A DNA stretch of 64,000 nucleotides. Source: a virus. Position 1 is the first letter of the stretch, and every line of letters begins with the position of its first letter. Of this stretch, positions 25,578 through 34,496 are shown one piece after another. A program made the position numbers and the translations under genes. Location: positions 32,979 through 96,978 of the IMG/VR virus record IMGVR_UViG_3300042305_000730; one strand, 5' to 3'. Under the pieces are notes generated by a model that saw only the letters and a list, made by a program, of their open reading frames with translations, had not been told where the DNA came from and did no database searches.

Positions 25578-26035
25578 TAATCGTACATTCCCATTGCCGT
25601 GCGTTCTTTGTGGGCAACATACCCTGAACCTACTGGGCAATAGTGGCAAAGGTACTGACGGTTGGCTTTTGGTACACCTGCTTTGCGTCCAATAGTTTTA
25701 GAGTCATCTTCCCAATCAATACAACTACCTTTTGGTGCATTGTGGCGATGAAAGCATTTCAAGGCTTCTACTCTAAGATCATCACGAATCTCACGAACTT
25801 CAATTTCGTTCTTCATTAGTTCTTTTTTAATGCCTGTTTCACCGTCAAGGGCATCATAAGTGGCTTGGTCACACCGAAAGATCTGTGACATGTGTGCTTC
25901 AGGGCGTTGATCTTGTGCCTTACCAAGATGCATTTTGATAATCTCTTGCAACTCCATGTCATTATCTGCGTTGCCATCATAATCACGCATTTTGTGCATG
26001 ATTCCACAAGAGTTACATACTAAAAGTCTTGGCAT
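25577..26035 (-). CDS. Cys-rich hypothetical protein
   Basis: CNSC...CF..H...C...YLCHYCP. Confidence 0.7.
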   Translation of the reverse strand: MPRLLVCNSCGIMHKMRDYDGNADNDMELQEIIKMHLGKAQDQRPEAHMSQIFRCDQATYDALDGETGIKKELMKNEIEVREIRDDLRVEALKCFHRHNAPKGSCIDWEDDSKTIGRKAGVPKANRQYLCHYCPVGSGYVAHKERTAMGMYD

Positions 26036-26083
26036 ATTGTGCTACTTTCTATAAACTTGTTAATTTCCGTAGTCTAGCAGTTT

Positions 26084-26272
26084 TTAATCCTGATAATCGT
26101 CTGGGTTCAATCCTAACTTACGCAGAGCATCATCAATTTCTGATTCAGCCTTGCCAAACTCACCTTTTTTCTTAAACCCTTTAGCACTACCTGCTGGGTG
26201 AAACTGTTGTTGTTCCCCGCGTTTTGCTAATTTCTTACGGCGGAACTCCGCCATATCAATAATGTCCCCCAC
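26084..26272 (-). CDS. hypothetical protein
   Basis: IIDMAEFRRKK. Confidence 0.55.
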   Translation of the reverse strand: MGDIIDMAEFRRKKLAKRGEQQQFHPAGSAKGFKKKGEFGKAESEIDDALRKLGLNPDDYQD

Positions 26273-26283
26273 ATTACAACCTT

Positions 26284-26487
26284 TTACAGGCTAATTACTG
26301 GGTCTTTTGCCTCAGCCAGTGGGCTTTTTGGAGTCAAATTGTATTGCGACTGCACCACCATTTGACGCTTTAGCGCAAAGCCTTCTTCTACATCGCCACC
26401 ACGACTTGGGGTAAGCGACTTAAATGATCCATCGGTATAACCCATACGTAGATCAGCATTCTGTGAGCGAGATGTGTTTACAGCCAT
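26284..26487 (-). CDS. hypothetical protein
   Basis: ORF in operon. Confidence 0.6.
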   Translation of the reverse strand: MAVNTSRSQNADLRMGYTDGSFKSLTPSRGGDVEEGFALKRQMVVQSQYNLTPKSPLAEAKDPVISL

Positions 26488-26503
26488 GATCTATTTTACC
26501 ACC

Positions 26504-26794
26504 TTAGTTACCCATTGGGGTATGGTATGTATCTCCAGGAAGTTGGCGATACCACATACCGTCAGATTGAATATCCTCATGGACATGCTTACCGTCCCGA
26601 ACCATGTAGTCAGGTAGTGCCAATTGTGCTTTCATATGCATGTCTCGTGCCATTCGTTCAGCATCCATATGTGCGGTTTCACCACGAAATGTTGCATGGT
26701 GTTTACCTTCTCGCATCACGACTGCTTCCATACCATCATCTTTAATGTGATGACCAATACCCAAACCTAAATACTTTGCTTCCCACGTACCCAT
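26504..26794 (-). CDS. hypothetical protein
   Basis: ORF in operon. Confidence 0.6.
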   Translation of the reverse strand: MGTWEAKYLGLGIGHHIKDDGMEAVVMREGKHHATFRGETAHMDAERMARDMHMKAQLALPDYMVRDGKHVHEDIQSDGMWYRQLPGDTYHTPMGN

Positions 26795-26797
26795 TAT

Positions 26798-27634
26798 CTA
26801 CCGCTTTCCTAGTTTAGATGACCCAATTTTAGCAGGCTTGCCCATAGAAGCGCCAGTAACTGAACCAAATGAGATGGCTGGTGCTCCTGGTTGTCCTGGA
26901 CCTGCTGGAGCATGGGGCGAATTAATGCTTGTAGTTTGGCTCGCTTGACGAGCATCTGTTACGTTGGCTTGAATAGTTGGAGCACTTGTGTTGTTGCTGT
27001 AACCACCAACAGAAGGTTGTGCTTTTGGCGCTCTTGGCTGACGAGCCTTGCCACCAGCAACACCTTGTTTAGCAACTCGTGCTTGCTGTTCTGGAGTTCC
27101 CTCTTTAGCAATAGATGATTGCAACCCACGGCGAGCCTTAGCAGTTTGAGCGTTTCGTGCCTTTTGAGCAGGGGACAACTGCTTACGCTGTGGTGTTTGT
27201 GCCATAGCACTGCTGTTGTTGGGGTTATAAGCGTTGAGGTTTTGACCACCAAGACCTTGTTGGTTGGCTGTCATACCAGAATTATCACCAAACCCAGTAA
27301 AGGCACCAATATTGATACTGTTATCTACAGTGTCACCACTTACTGCAGCGCCTTTCTTACCCCTTCTACGCCCACCACCGCCACCGCCAAAACCACCACG
27401 GTCATAGACATTGAGTGGATTTCCTCCTGAATACATGCTGTTCATTAGGTTTGCACTAAAACCACCTTGTGCACCAGCAGCATTATTTGGCATGTTAGAT
27501 GCACCAAAATCTTTGGAGACACCTGCAGCAGGAGCACTAAACTGTGGAACTGGTGCTGCTTGTCCTCGGTTTATCCTACCTGTAGCGTTGTACAAGGGTT
27601 GAGGATTTTGAGCACCAAATCTGTTTGTAGGCAT
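26798..27634 (-). CDS. low-complexity G/A/N/Q-rich protein sharing a motif with the tape measure
   Basis: QANVTDARQA; NQQGLGGQN. Confidence 0.7.
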   Translation of the reverse strand: MPTNRFGAQNPQPLYNATGRINRGQAAPVPQFSAPAAGVSKDFGASNMPNNAAGAQGGFSANLMNSMYSGGNPLNVYDRGGFGGGGGGRRRGKKGAAVSGDTVDNSINIGAFTGFGDNSGMTANQQGLGGQNLNAYNPNNSSAMAQTPQRKQLSPAQKARNAQTAKARRGLQSSIAKEGTPEQQARVAKQGVAGGKARQPRAPKAQPSVGGYSNNTSAPTIQANVTDARQASQTTSINSPHAPAGPGQPGAPAISFGSVTGASMGKPAKIGSSKLGKR

Positions 27635-27640
27635 AATCTA

Positions 27641-27961
27641 TTATACCCAAAGACTTTGCATGGAATATCGCCCTGAACCACTGAACTTGTCATCATTCAT
27701 TTGTGCTCGTTGGAACATAACGGGAGCACCAGAAACCCATGAACGGTAGGTCGGGGCATAACGGTCTACAGATAGCACGTCCATTACCTTTAGTTCCTGT
27801 TTAAGGAATCCTCTACGTTCTGGCATAAGTTGTTGAGGAACAATTGGGCGAGTAGCACGAATAGTGTCTAAATCAGAAATAGCGCTTTGCAGCGCAATAT
27901 CAACCAGCATCTCTTCACGAGATTGCCAAGGTCTACGAGTTCTGAAGTTGTCTACAGGCAT
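27641..27961 (-). CDS. hypothetical protein
   Basis: TAATG-coupled. Confidence 0.65.
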   Translation of the reverse strand: MPVDNFRTRRPWQSREEMLVDIALQSAISDLDTIRATRPIVPQQLMPERRGFLKQELKVMDVLSVDRYAPTYRSWVSGAPVMFQRAQMNDDKFSGSGRYSMQSLWV

Positions 27962-28224
27962 TAATAACCGCTGTCGTCATACTCGTGCCCATCATATGAA
28001 CCAATATCATCGTTAGGCTCATGCATGTTTTCATCTGCTTCCGAATAATTCTCTGCAATACCAGCGGCATCAATTCCACCCCACATTGCCTGTTCTTTGG
28101 CAATGGCTTCTTTGACACGTGGGTCATCACCAAAACCAACACCGATTTCAGCGTACCTACTACCTAATGCATCTTTAGTAACTTTGCGGTTTGAATGATG
28201 TCGTGTATCTTCGCCTTTAGGCAT
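27961..28224 (-). CDS. MPKG-leader small protein
   Basis: MPKGEDTRHHSNRKV. Confidence 0.75.
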   Translation of the reverse strand: MPKGEDTRHHSNRKVTKDALGSRYAEIGVGFGDDPRVKEAIAKEQAMWGGIDAAGIAENYSEADENMHEPNDDIGSYDGHEYDDSGY

Positions 28225-28424
28225 TAGTAACTCTTTTCTGTTTCGCTAAATCCTGAATCTGGCTCTAAACCATCATTGCCACGGGCATCTTCCATCGCCT
28301 CATGTGCATCACGGTCATCTTTACCGTAATTAGGACTAGTCATTGCAGCCATGTTTGCAATATCAAACGAAAATCGGCTTACTCCACGATTTGGGTGATG
28401 GCGAGTGTCTTTTCCTTTAGGCAT
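28224..28424 (-). CDS. MPKG-leader small protein
   Basis: MPKGKDTRHHPNRGV. Confidence 0.75.
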   Translation of the reverse strand: MPKGKDTRHHPNRGVSRFSFDIANMAAMTSPNYGKDDRDAHEAMEDARGNDGLEPDSGFSETEKSY

Positions 28425-28600
28425 TATTCATCATCTCCGTACCATGTAGGTTGTGCCATTGGGTCATATCCCTTACTGCTTGGGAAAATCTTGTCAGCAA
28501 GTTTGTTCAAAGTAGAAGTTTCTGCCTTCTTACGCTTCCTAAAAGCATCTAAATTAACGATGCGAGCATCGTGATTACTAGTGTCCTTACCTTTAGGCAT
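28424..28600 (-). CDS. MPKG-leader small protein (58 aa, not in track)
   Basis: Hand-translated MPKGKDTSNHDARIVNLDAF...WYGDDE; TAATG overlaps at both ends. Confidence 0.75.
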   Translation of the reverse strand: MPKGKDTSNHDARIVNLDAFRKRKKAETSTLNKLADKIFPSSKGYDPMAQPTWYGDDE

Positions 28601-28869
28601 TACTTGTCTCCTGACGGAATTTCCTCATTAAGTTTATCAGCATGGGCCTTTGCTTGCCATTCATGATCATATGGAACAATCCCTGCAGGGTTTACATGGG
28701 GCATTCTCCTCAACTTATCCCCCACATTCGGGGTGTACCCAATAAACCATTGCATGCCTGATGAACGAGATTGGGTAAAATCGTTTTGTTGAGAGTTACT
28801 CCCACGATAATGGTGATAACGACCTACCTGACGTTTTGCGTTATGGCGTTCGTCCTTACCACCCGACAT
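28600..28869 (-). CDS. MPKG-like-leader small protein
   Basis: MSGGKDERHNAKRQV. Confidence 0.7.
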   Translation of the reverse strand: MSGGKDERHNAKRQVGRYHHYRGSNSQQNDFTQSRSSGMQWFIGYTPNVGDKLRRMPHVNPAGIVPYDHEWQAKAHADKLNEEIPSGDK

Positions 28870-30923
28870 TACGGATTCTTTGTGCGGGGATTGGCTTTGG
28901 TGTTAGTTGGTCGGCTAGTACGGGCTGCGTTTGGCGCACGAACATGCGCTGCTGGACCACCTGTAGATAGGACGGTTGCATTCTTATTAGTAGAAGAAGC
29001 CTTACCAGATGTGCTGGCTACTGCTGGACTCCCTACAGTGGCACCTTTTACATTTCCGTAAGTATTACCATCACCAACGTTTGCTTGAACCGTAGCGTAA
29101 TTGTTGTTAATGGAACCAGTACCACCCTTACCAGGAGTTCCACCACCGCCACTGTTGTCGTTAAATGCGTTGATGTTCTGCCCGCCAAGACCTTGTTGGT
29201 TTACATTGTGACCACCTGCAAAGAACTGCGTCCGTGAGTATGAGGGGGCAGAAGAAACTGCTGCTGGTGCTGGTGGGGTAGACCTTGAGGTTGGCGCAGA
29301 AGCACTAGGTGCTGCTGCCATTGGTGCTGCTGGTTCTGAGGATTTAACATCGCCGCCAAAGAAGCCTTTAAATCGTGATGACATGCTTGGCTTACTCGTG
29401 GCGGCTGGGGCAGCACCCTTCACACCTAGGTCATCATCAGAAATATCATAGAAAGTTGATTTACCTGTTGATTGAATTGCTGTAGATGCTGCTGGATTAA
29501 ATGGGCGAATGCTGCTTTCCCGATTTCTACGCATTTGATTTACTGCAGCAGTGCCTTTTGCTTGACTCTTAGTTCCTGTAATGGGTGAACCTTTACCTGT
29601 CTTATCTGTGTTTAGGATGTATGGTCCACCAGATTTCTTTTCAGTGTCTGCTTTAGCAGTAGTAGAAGGCTTAACTGCCATCTCTGCGTCTAATGCTGCA
29701 TTTGCTGCTGATTCTTTAGCAGTAACTTCATCTGCTTTTGCATTGAACTCTGCATCTTCTTCAGCCGTAGGTACTCGTGGTAAAGCACTACCGTAACCAC
29801 TTTTCTTTGACTTACTAAAACGATCTACGTCAACAATGTTATTTGAACTGTCTGAACGAGGAACCTGTGCTGCTAAAACAGGCTCTGACTTTGGTGTTTC
29901 AGCAGCGGGTTCTGCTTTCTTAGCCTTACTTGGCTTTTCTTTTGGTGTTTCAGCAGGTGTCATACGTTCAACTGCCTGTGTCACTACATCTTTCTTCTTA
30001 GGTTCTGCCTTTTTCTTATCGCTTTTTTTAGCGGTAGGGGCGGATTCACGACCATCTTCAAGTTTGTAAGAGCCACCAGCAGCAATAACATCTGAAAGTA
30101 GTTGGTCCATCTCTTCTGGCTTCATTGGCTTAGTTGCTTTTTTCTTATCTGCAGCAATTTGCTTAGGGGTAGCCCATTTGCCCCTTTTCCAATCTTTTTC
30201 ACTTTGTGATGGGATATAGTCTGGTTCTTTTTTCTTAGATGCCACGGGCTTCTCCAATGATTGGGGTAATGCAGGTTCTTCTACTTTACCAGTTTTAGAA
30301 AGTTCATATGCTTTTTTTACGTTTTCTAATGAATCCGTAGAGTAATAGCCATCATCACCTAGTGTCTTTTGTTTAGAAGAATTATAATTTCGTACAGAAA
30401 CTGTGTCAGTGCCAAGTTTATCCCCTACTGCCCATGGGCTTAATTGGTTACCTATCCACTCAGGGATTTTATTGGGTTGAGGAATACCAAAATCTTGCCC
30501 TAATATAGGTGCTTCCCCCACATCTATCCCGTAACTGTAATAGTCACCACCATATTCTCCAGGTTTTTTGGGTTCACCCTTTGAGTTTATTGGGCTCGGC
30601 CTATCAGAAGAGTCCATTGCCCATTGAAACGGCGTTACTAGTCCTTTTTCTAAATAATCTGCTCTAGCATTCCATTCTTGACCAAGATAGTCATTACTAT
30701 CATTTACCCCTTCCATAATCTCTTTTTGGGTATATTTGGGTTTTTTCTTTTTTGCCTCTGCCGCAGCAAGACCTGTTCTACGCTCTTTAATCCAAGTGTC
30801 GTGTTCTTGTGCTGAAAGACGATGCTGCATCCCCAAAATTTTGTTGGCTTCTGGGACATGTATAGGGTCAACGTTGAAGCGTGTAAGCCCCTCTAGTGGG
30901 TTATCTTTCTTCTTCTTAACCAC
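28869..30923 (-). CDS. large K/A/P/S-rich, probably disordered protein
   Basis: 684 aa; C-terminal NQQGLGGQN and TVQANV motifs. Confidence 0.7.
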   Translation of the reverse strand: MVKKKKDNPLEGLTRFNVDPIHVPEANKILGMQHRLSAQEHDTWIKERRTGLAAAEAKKKKPKYTQKEIMEGVNDSNDYLGQEWNARADYLEKGLVTPFQWAMDSSDRPSPINSKGEPKKPGEYGGDYYSYGIDVGEAPILGQDFGIPQPNKIPEWIGNQLSPWAVGDKLGTDTVSVRNYNSSKQKTLGDDGYYSTDSLENVKKAYELSKTGKVEEPALPQSLEKPVASKKKEPDYIPSQSEKDWKRGKWATPKQIAADKKKATKPMKPEEMDQLLSDVIAAGGSYKLEDGRESAPTAKKSDKKKAEPKKKDVVTQAVERMTPAETPKEKPSKAKKAEPAAETPKSEPVLAAQVPRSDSSNNIVDVDRFSKSKKSGYGSALPRVPTAEEDAEFNAKADEVTAKESAANAALDAEMAVKPSTTAKADTEKKSGGPYILNTDKTGKGSPITGTKSQAKGTAAVNQMRRNRESSIRPFNPAASTAIQSTGKSTFYDISDDDLGVKGAAPAATSKPSMSSRFKGFFGGDVKSSEPAAPMAAAPSASAPTSRSTPPAPAAVSSAPSYSRTQFFAGGHNVNQQGLGGQNINAFNDNSGGGGTPGKGGTGSINNNYATVQANVGDGNTYGNVKGATVGSPAVASTSGKASSTNKNATVLSTGGPAAHVRAPNAARTSRPTNTKANPRTKNP

Positions 30924-30926
30924 TAC

Positions 30927-31427
30927 TTATCTCCAAGTAGGGCGAAGAGAACTAAGTTTGGCACGGCGTTCAGCATCAATGTATTCAGCATTCTGACGCT
31001 CATCTACACGAGGGATACCTTTAGGCCCTACTTTGCCATCATTAGTCAAGACAACTGGGGCTGCTCCAGGAGGGGCGAACTTCTGACCACGGGATTCATA
31101 AGCAATACCAGTCCAAAGATTGAACTCATCGGGCCAAATATAGTCTCCTGCGTTAATGCGCTCACCCTTGTGTACACCACGTGAGTATTGGCGAGCATTC
31201 ATTCTGCTCAATGAACCCAAAATCTTGTCTTGTCTACGATTAGAAGACATTGTTCCAAGATAACCATCAGGATGGGCCGATTCTGGGGTAGAACGGTATC
31301 CAGCAAGTTGGTAATCTTTGTTATTGCGGAATACAGGGGCAGGACCAAACTGGGGCTGTGAACCTGCGCTAGGTGGTTCTGAAGGTGAATTCCAGTTATT
31401 AAAAGAGGTTTGAGAAGATCCAGCCAC
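30927..31427 (-). CDS. conserved hypothetical phage protein
   Basis: PDGYLGT...RRQDK...YSRGVHKGERI...Y.WP. Confidence 0.7.
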   Translation of the reverse strand: MAGSSQTSFNNWNSPSEPPSAGSQPQFGPAPVFRNNKDYQLAGYRSTPESAHPDGYLGTMSSNRRQDKILGSLSRMNARQYSRGVHKGERINAGDYIWPDEFNLWTGIAYESRGQKFAPPGAAPVVLTNDGKVGPKGIPRVDERQNAEYIDAERRAKLSSLRPTWR

Positions 31428-31561
31428 TAGATGTTGCCAGCCATGCTTGAATTAGCAGTGGTTACAAAGCCACCTGCTGAACCAGCAACAGATGTAATGG
31501 GGCGTGGCTTTTCCTTTTTGACAACTTTTGTTTTCTTTGCTTTTTTCTTTACAGTAGCCAC
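31427..31561 (-). CDS. small basic protein (44 aa)
   Basis: GTG start overlapping the upstream TAG; ATVKKKAKK... Confidence 0.5.
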   Translation of the reverse strand: MATVKKKAKKTKVVKKEKPRPITSVAGSAGGFVTTANSSMAGNI

Positions 31562-31821
31562 TAGCAATCCCACTTGCGTAAAGCCAAAGCCTTACGAGTT
31601 GGTTCTCCATTTGGTTTTTTCATTGGGCCTTCCATACCACCCATTCTGGCACAGAAAGATTTGCGACGTGCAGCAGCCTTTGGAGACTTCTTGGCTTGTT
31701 CAGATGAAACAGGTGGTTTAAGGTTATGCCCCTCTTTTTTAGCAGAGGCACGACCTTTAGCGTTCAAACCACCTTCAGGGTTTTTGCCCTCTTTACGTTG
31801 CCATGCAGGTGACTTAGCCAT
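31561..31821 (-). CDS. DUF6321-like basic phage protein
   Basis: AWQRKEGKNPEGGLNAKGRAS...RRKSFCARM...LRKWDC. Confidence 0.75.
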   Translation of the reverse strand: MAKSPAWQRKEGKNPEGGLNAKGRASAKKEGHNLKPPVSSEQAKKSPKAAARRKSFCARMGGMEGPMKKPNGEPTRKALALRKWDC

Positions 31822-31982
31822 TATTTCTTTTTCTTTGCGACAGCCATGTTATCAACTAGGTTTGGGTAAGAGCGTCCAGCAGCCTTAGCACGAGCCTTTG
31901 CTTCTGACTTTTGTCCAGGGGTCAACTTGTCTGACTTCTTTTTAGGGTTGGGCTTATCCCATACTTTCTTTTCTTTTGCCAC
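31821..31982 (-). CDS. small basic protein (53 aa)
   Basis: Hand-translated ...VWDKPNP...AKARAKAAGRSYPNLVDNM. Confidence 0.6.
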   Translation of the reverse strand: MAKEKKVWDKPNPKKKSDKLTPGQKSEAKARAKAAGRSYPNLVDNMAVAKKKK

Positions 31983-32203
31983 TATTTCCACCTTTTCTTA
32001 TTGTTTGGATCATTTGGGTTCAATGGTTTAGGATTAGGTTCCCAATCATAGGGCTTATCAGGAAGACCACCTGTTTTAGTTGGTGGCTTTTTTGGTGGCT
32101 TCTTTCCACCACCACCTGTGGCTGTGCGAGCACCACCATCCATCCACTCTTTACTATTAAGTAAAGGGCCGTTAATTTCTCTTAATCGGTGACTGGTTGG
32201 CAC
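31982..32203 (-). CDS. small K/P/G-rich protein
   Basis: ORF in coupled operon. Confidence 0.55.
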   Translation of the reverse strand: MPTSHRLREINGPLLNSKEWMDGGARTATGGGGKKPPKKPPTKTGGLPDKPYDWEPNPKPLNPNDPNNKKRWK

Positions 32204-32213
32204 TTAATACCCA

Positions 32214-32453
32214 CTAACCGCCGTAGCGAAGGGTATTTTCAATGGTTCTTTCAGCGTGAGGACCAAGATTATGTTGAATGTTTACAACAATCTTCCCTGA
32301 ACCTGAAGGACGTGATGGGCGGACAATACCTTGTGGTGGAGTCCAATCAGAACCTTTGTTTGAAGCATGTGCTGCGTCATTTGATGCAGAAGCACTGCGA
32401 CCACCATACCCCTGAGTATCTTTGTACTTAGAATGACTACGAATGTATCCCAT
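32214..32453 (-). CDS. hypothetical protein
   Basis: ORF in operon. Confidence 0.55.
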   Translation of the reverse strand: MGYIRSHSKYKDTQGYGGRSASASNDAAHASNKGSDWTPPQGIVRPSRPSGSGKIVVNIQHNLGPHAERTIENTLRYGG

Positions 32454-32455
32454 GA

Positions 32456-33028
32456 TTAGTAGCCTCCCTTTATCCGTTTGCGGTTTTTGCTTTGGCGATA
32501 CGCTTGTTCACCCTTAGCACCACCTGCAAGGTATGACGATTCACTACCAGATGGTGTTTCCGCAAAGGAATCACCGTCTTTAAGACCAAGCATTTTGTTA
32601 TTTCCCATGCGCTTTGTTTCTGCTGCTTTAGCAATATCAAACGATTGTCCTGCGGCTTTTGACTCAGCCATTACTTTAGGGCTGTTTACACTCTTCAAAG
32701 CCTTTGCAGTCTTCTTCTTATCTTTAAGAATTGACTTACCTTCTGGGGATGAAGGCTCATGGTATGTGGTGTACTCAGCACCAATTTTAATATTAGGTTT
32801 TTTTGGACCCATTGCATCGCCGCCACTTGGGTTGACATACCCAGAGTGTGGTCCTGATGCAGATGCAGCATCACGGTCTACACGGCGCTGAGTCATCGCC
32901 TGTGTAGTGTTTTGGCTGTCGTCACGAACTGTGTGAGTATCTGGCTTTGCACCTACTCGTGGCTTAAGTTGCCCACTGTTAGCGTAAGGAACAATACTGT
33001 TTACCTTGTCACGATTAAACCAGCCCAT
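32456..33028 (-). CDS. low-complexity hypothetical protein
   Basis: SD GAGG. Confidence 0.6.
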   Translation of the reverse strand: MGWFNRDKVNSIVPYANSGQLKPRVGAKPDTHTVRDDSQNTTQAMTQRRVDRDAASASGPHSGYVNPSGGDAMGPKKPNIKIGAEYTTYHEPSSPEGKSILKDKKKTAKALKSVNSPKVMAESKAAGQSFDIAKAAETKRMGNNKMLGLKDGDSFAETPSGSESSYLAGGAKGEQAYRQSKNRKRIKGGY

Positions 33029-33031
33029 TGT

Positions 33032-33322
33032 TTACCTCACTACGGGTTTGAAGGATATAGCGGAGATACTCTCTCCATTCTCACCAATAATATCATCAAA
33101 GCCAATGACAAAAGACAAGTCAATTCCCCGTGGGGCGACAAAACCTCTTGCAATTGCACAGGCTTTGGCGGCTTGGTTTACAGCACTAGCGCCAATAGCC
33201 CTAATTTTAGGTAAGTGACCTGCCACGACCGATCTGGCAAGGATAGAACCAACACTTTGGGGGTTGCTTGATCCTGAGACTTTAAGGACATCATCTACTT
33301 TTGTGTTCAGTTCTTGAGACAT
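33032..33322 (-). CDS. spoVS: stage V sporulation protein S family (Alba-like)
   Basis: VLKVSGSSNPQSV...AIGASAVNQAAKACAIARGFVAP.GIDL...F...ISAI. Confidence 0.9.
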   Translation of the reverse strand: MSQELNTKVDDVLKVSGSSNPQSVGSILARSVVAGHLPKIRAIGASAVNQAAKACAIARGFVAPRGIDLSFVIGFDDIIGENGESISAISFKPVVR

Positions 33323-33364
33323 TTTGACTCCTAGTTAGGTAAACAGATGTCTCAATAATATCAT

Positions 33365-33730
33365 TTATGCATAACCAGCGCCGTGGAGCAAATCAAGCAT
33401 GTCCTCTAGTCGCATTACAGCATAAGAATCACCTACAGCAGCAGCGCCTTTTCCAGGGCGCTTTACCACCAGCAATGGAACACCCATATGCAGTTTCTCA
33501 GCCTGATGAACGGTGTCATTCAACCATTCACTCAATTTAAACGCTTTTTGGTTCTTGGCTTGAATAGCAACTTCAGACAAAGTAAGCCTTTGAACTACTC
33601 CATGGATGTCCCCAGCATCATTTTCCCCAGCAAGAGCGGTTCTCCTTGCATTCTTAAAACCTTGTTCTTTGAGGTAATTAACTAGTAATGTCTCAAAAGT
33701 AGTGCCTTTGGCTTTATGTTTGTTTCCCAT
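33365..33730 (-). CDS. Holliday junction resolvase (PD-(D/E)XK)
   Basis: KAKGTTFE...DAGDI...IQAKNQK...VVKR; start re-called at MGNKHK. Confidence 0.8.
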   Translation of the reverse strand: MGNKHKAKGTTFETLLVNYLKEQGFKNARRTALAGENDAGDIHGVVQRLTLSEVAIQAKNQKAFKLSEWLNDTVHQAEKLHMGVPLLVVKRPGKGAAAVGDSYAVMRLEDMLDLLHGAGYA

Positions 33731-33732
33731 AT

Positions 33733-34011
33733 TTAGATAAATTCCAAGGGCATTACAATGATTGGAGTACGCTCGCCAACCCATGCGCCAAGGCAATTGT
33801 AACTAATGTACTCATCTGCCTCTTCCACGGTCATACCATCCCTGTTGACGCATACTTCCATCATCTTGTCCCATGAGTAAACAGCCAGTAAGGGTTCGTT
33901 AATGCGTTGCGAAAAACCAATCAAGGCTTCATCAAAGCCAGTCATCAGCAAAGCGTCTTCGCCCATTGCTTCTAAAGCCTCGTCAATACGCTCTCGTAGT
34001 GTTGAGTCCAT
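33733..34011 (-). CDS. conserved phage protein
   Basis: GFDEALIG...AVYS...EEADEYISYN..GAWVGE.TP. Confidence 0.7.
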   Translation of the reverse strand: MDSTLRERIDEALEAMGEDALLMTGFDEALIGFSQRINEPLLAVYSWDKMMEVCVNRDGMTVEEADEYISYNCLGAWVGERTPIIVMPLEFI

Positions 34012-34496
34012 TAGGGCATAAACCTATGCTGGCGAAGTTCTTTACCTGACATACCAATACGGCGTGACAACTCACGAGAAACTACTTGAGCGCCACGTTC
34101 ACAGCGATCAAACACTGTGTCTACAAGTTTGCGGTAAGCACGTTTCTGCATATGAATTTCTATTTGATGGGTAATCCTGCTATCAACATCTCGTTTTGCT
34201 TTAGCAACCGTGACTAGGTCGCCTTTAGCCTTGTCACCCCATTGCTCAATCAACACGTTTGATTGAAGGTACTCAAGGATATTGCGTTCACGTTCTTCTG
34301 TAATCTCCGCTTGGACCAACTGTGCCTTTGCGTAAACCAACCACGCCATGAAATCCGTGTACAACTCCATTAGATCGGAATCACCAATGTCTCCGATATT
34401 ACGAGGTAGTTCAGGAAGAACTCCGCTTGGTTTTTTTGGTAACGGAAAGTTTTGAAGAAACAAATCCATCTCGGGTGTCTGTGTCATTACTGTCAT
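34011..34496 (-). CDS. helical protein, possibly a UvsY-like recombination mediator
   Basis: Long helices next to the nuclease/RecA genes; function inferred from context. Confidence 0.4.
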   Translation of the reverse strand: MTVMTQTPEMDLFLQNFPLPKKPSGVLPELPRNIGDIGDSDLMELYTDFMAWLVYAKAQLVQAEITEERERNILEYLQSNVLIEQWGDKAKGDLVTVAKAKRDVDSRITHQIEIHMQKRAYRKLVDTVFDRCERGAQVVSRELSRRIGMSGKELRQHRFMP

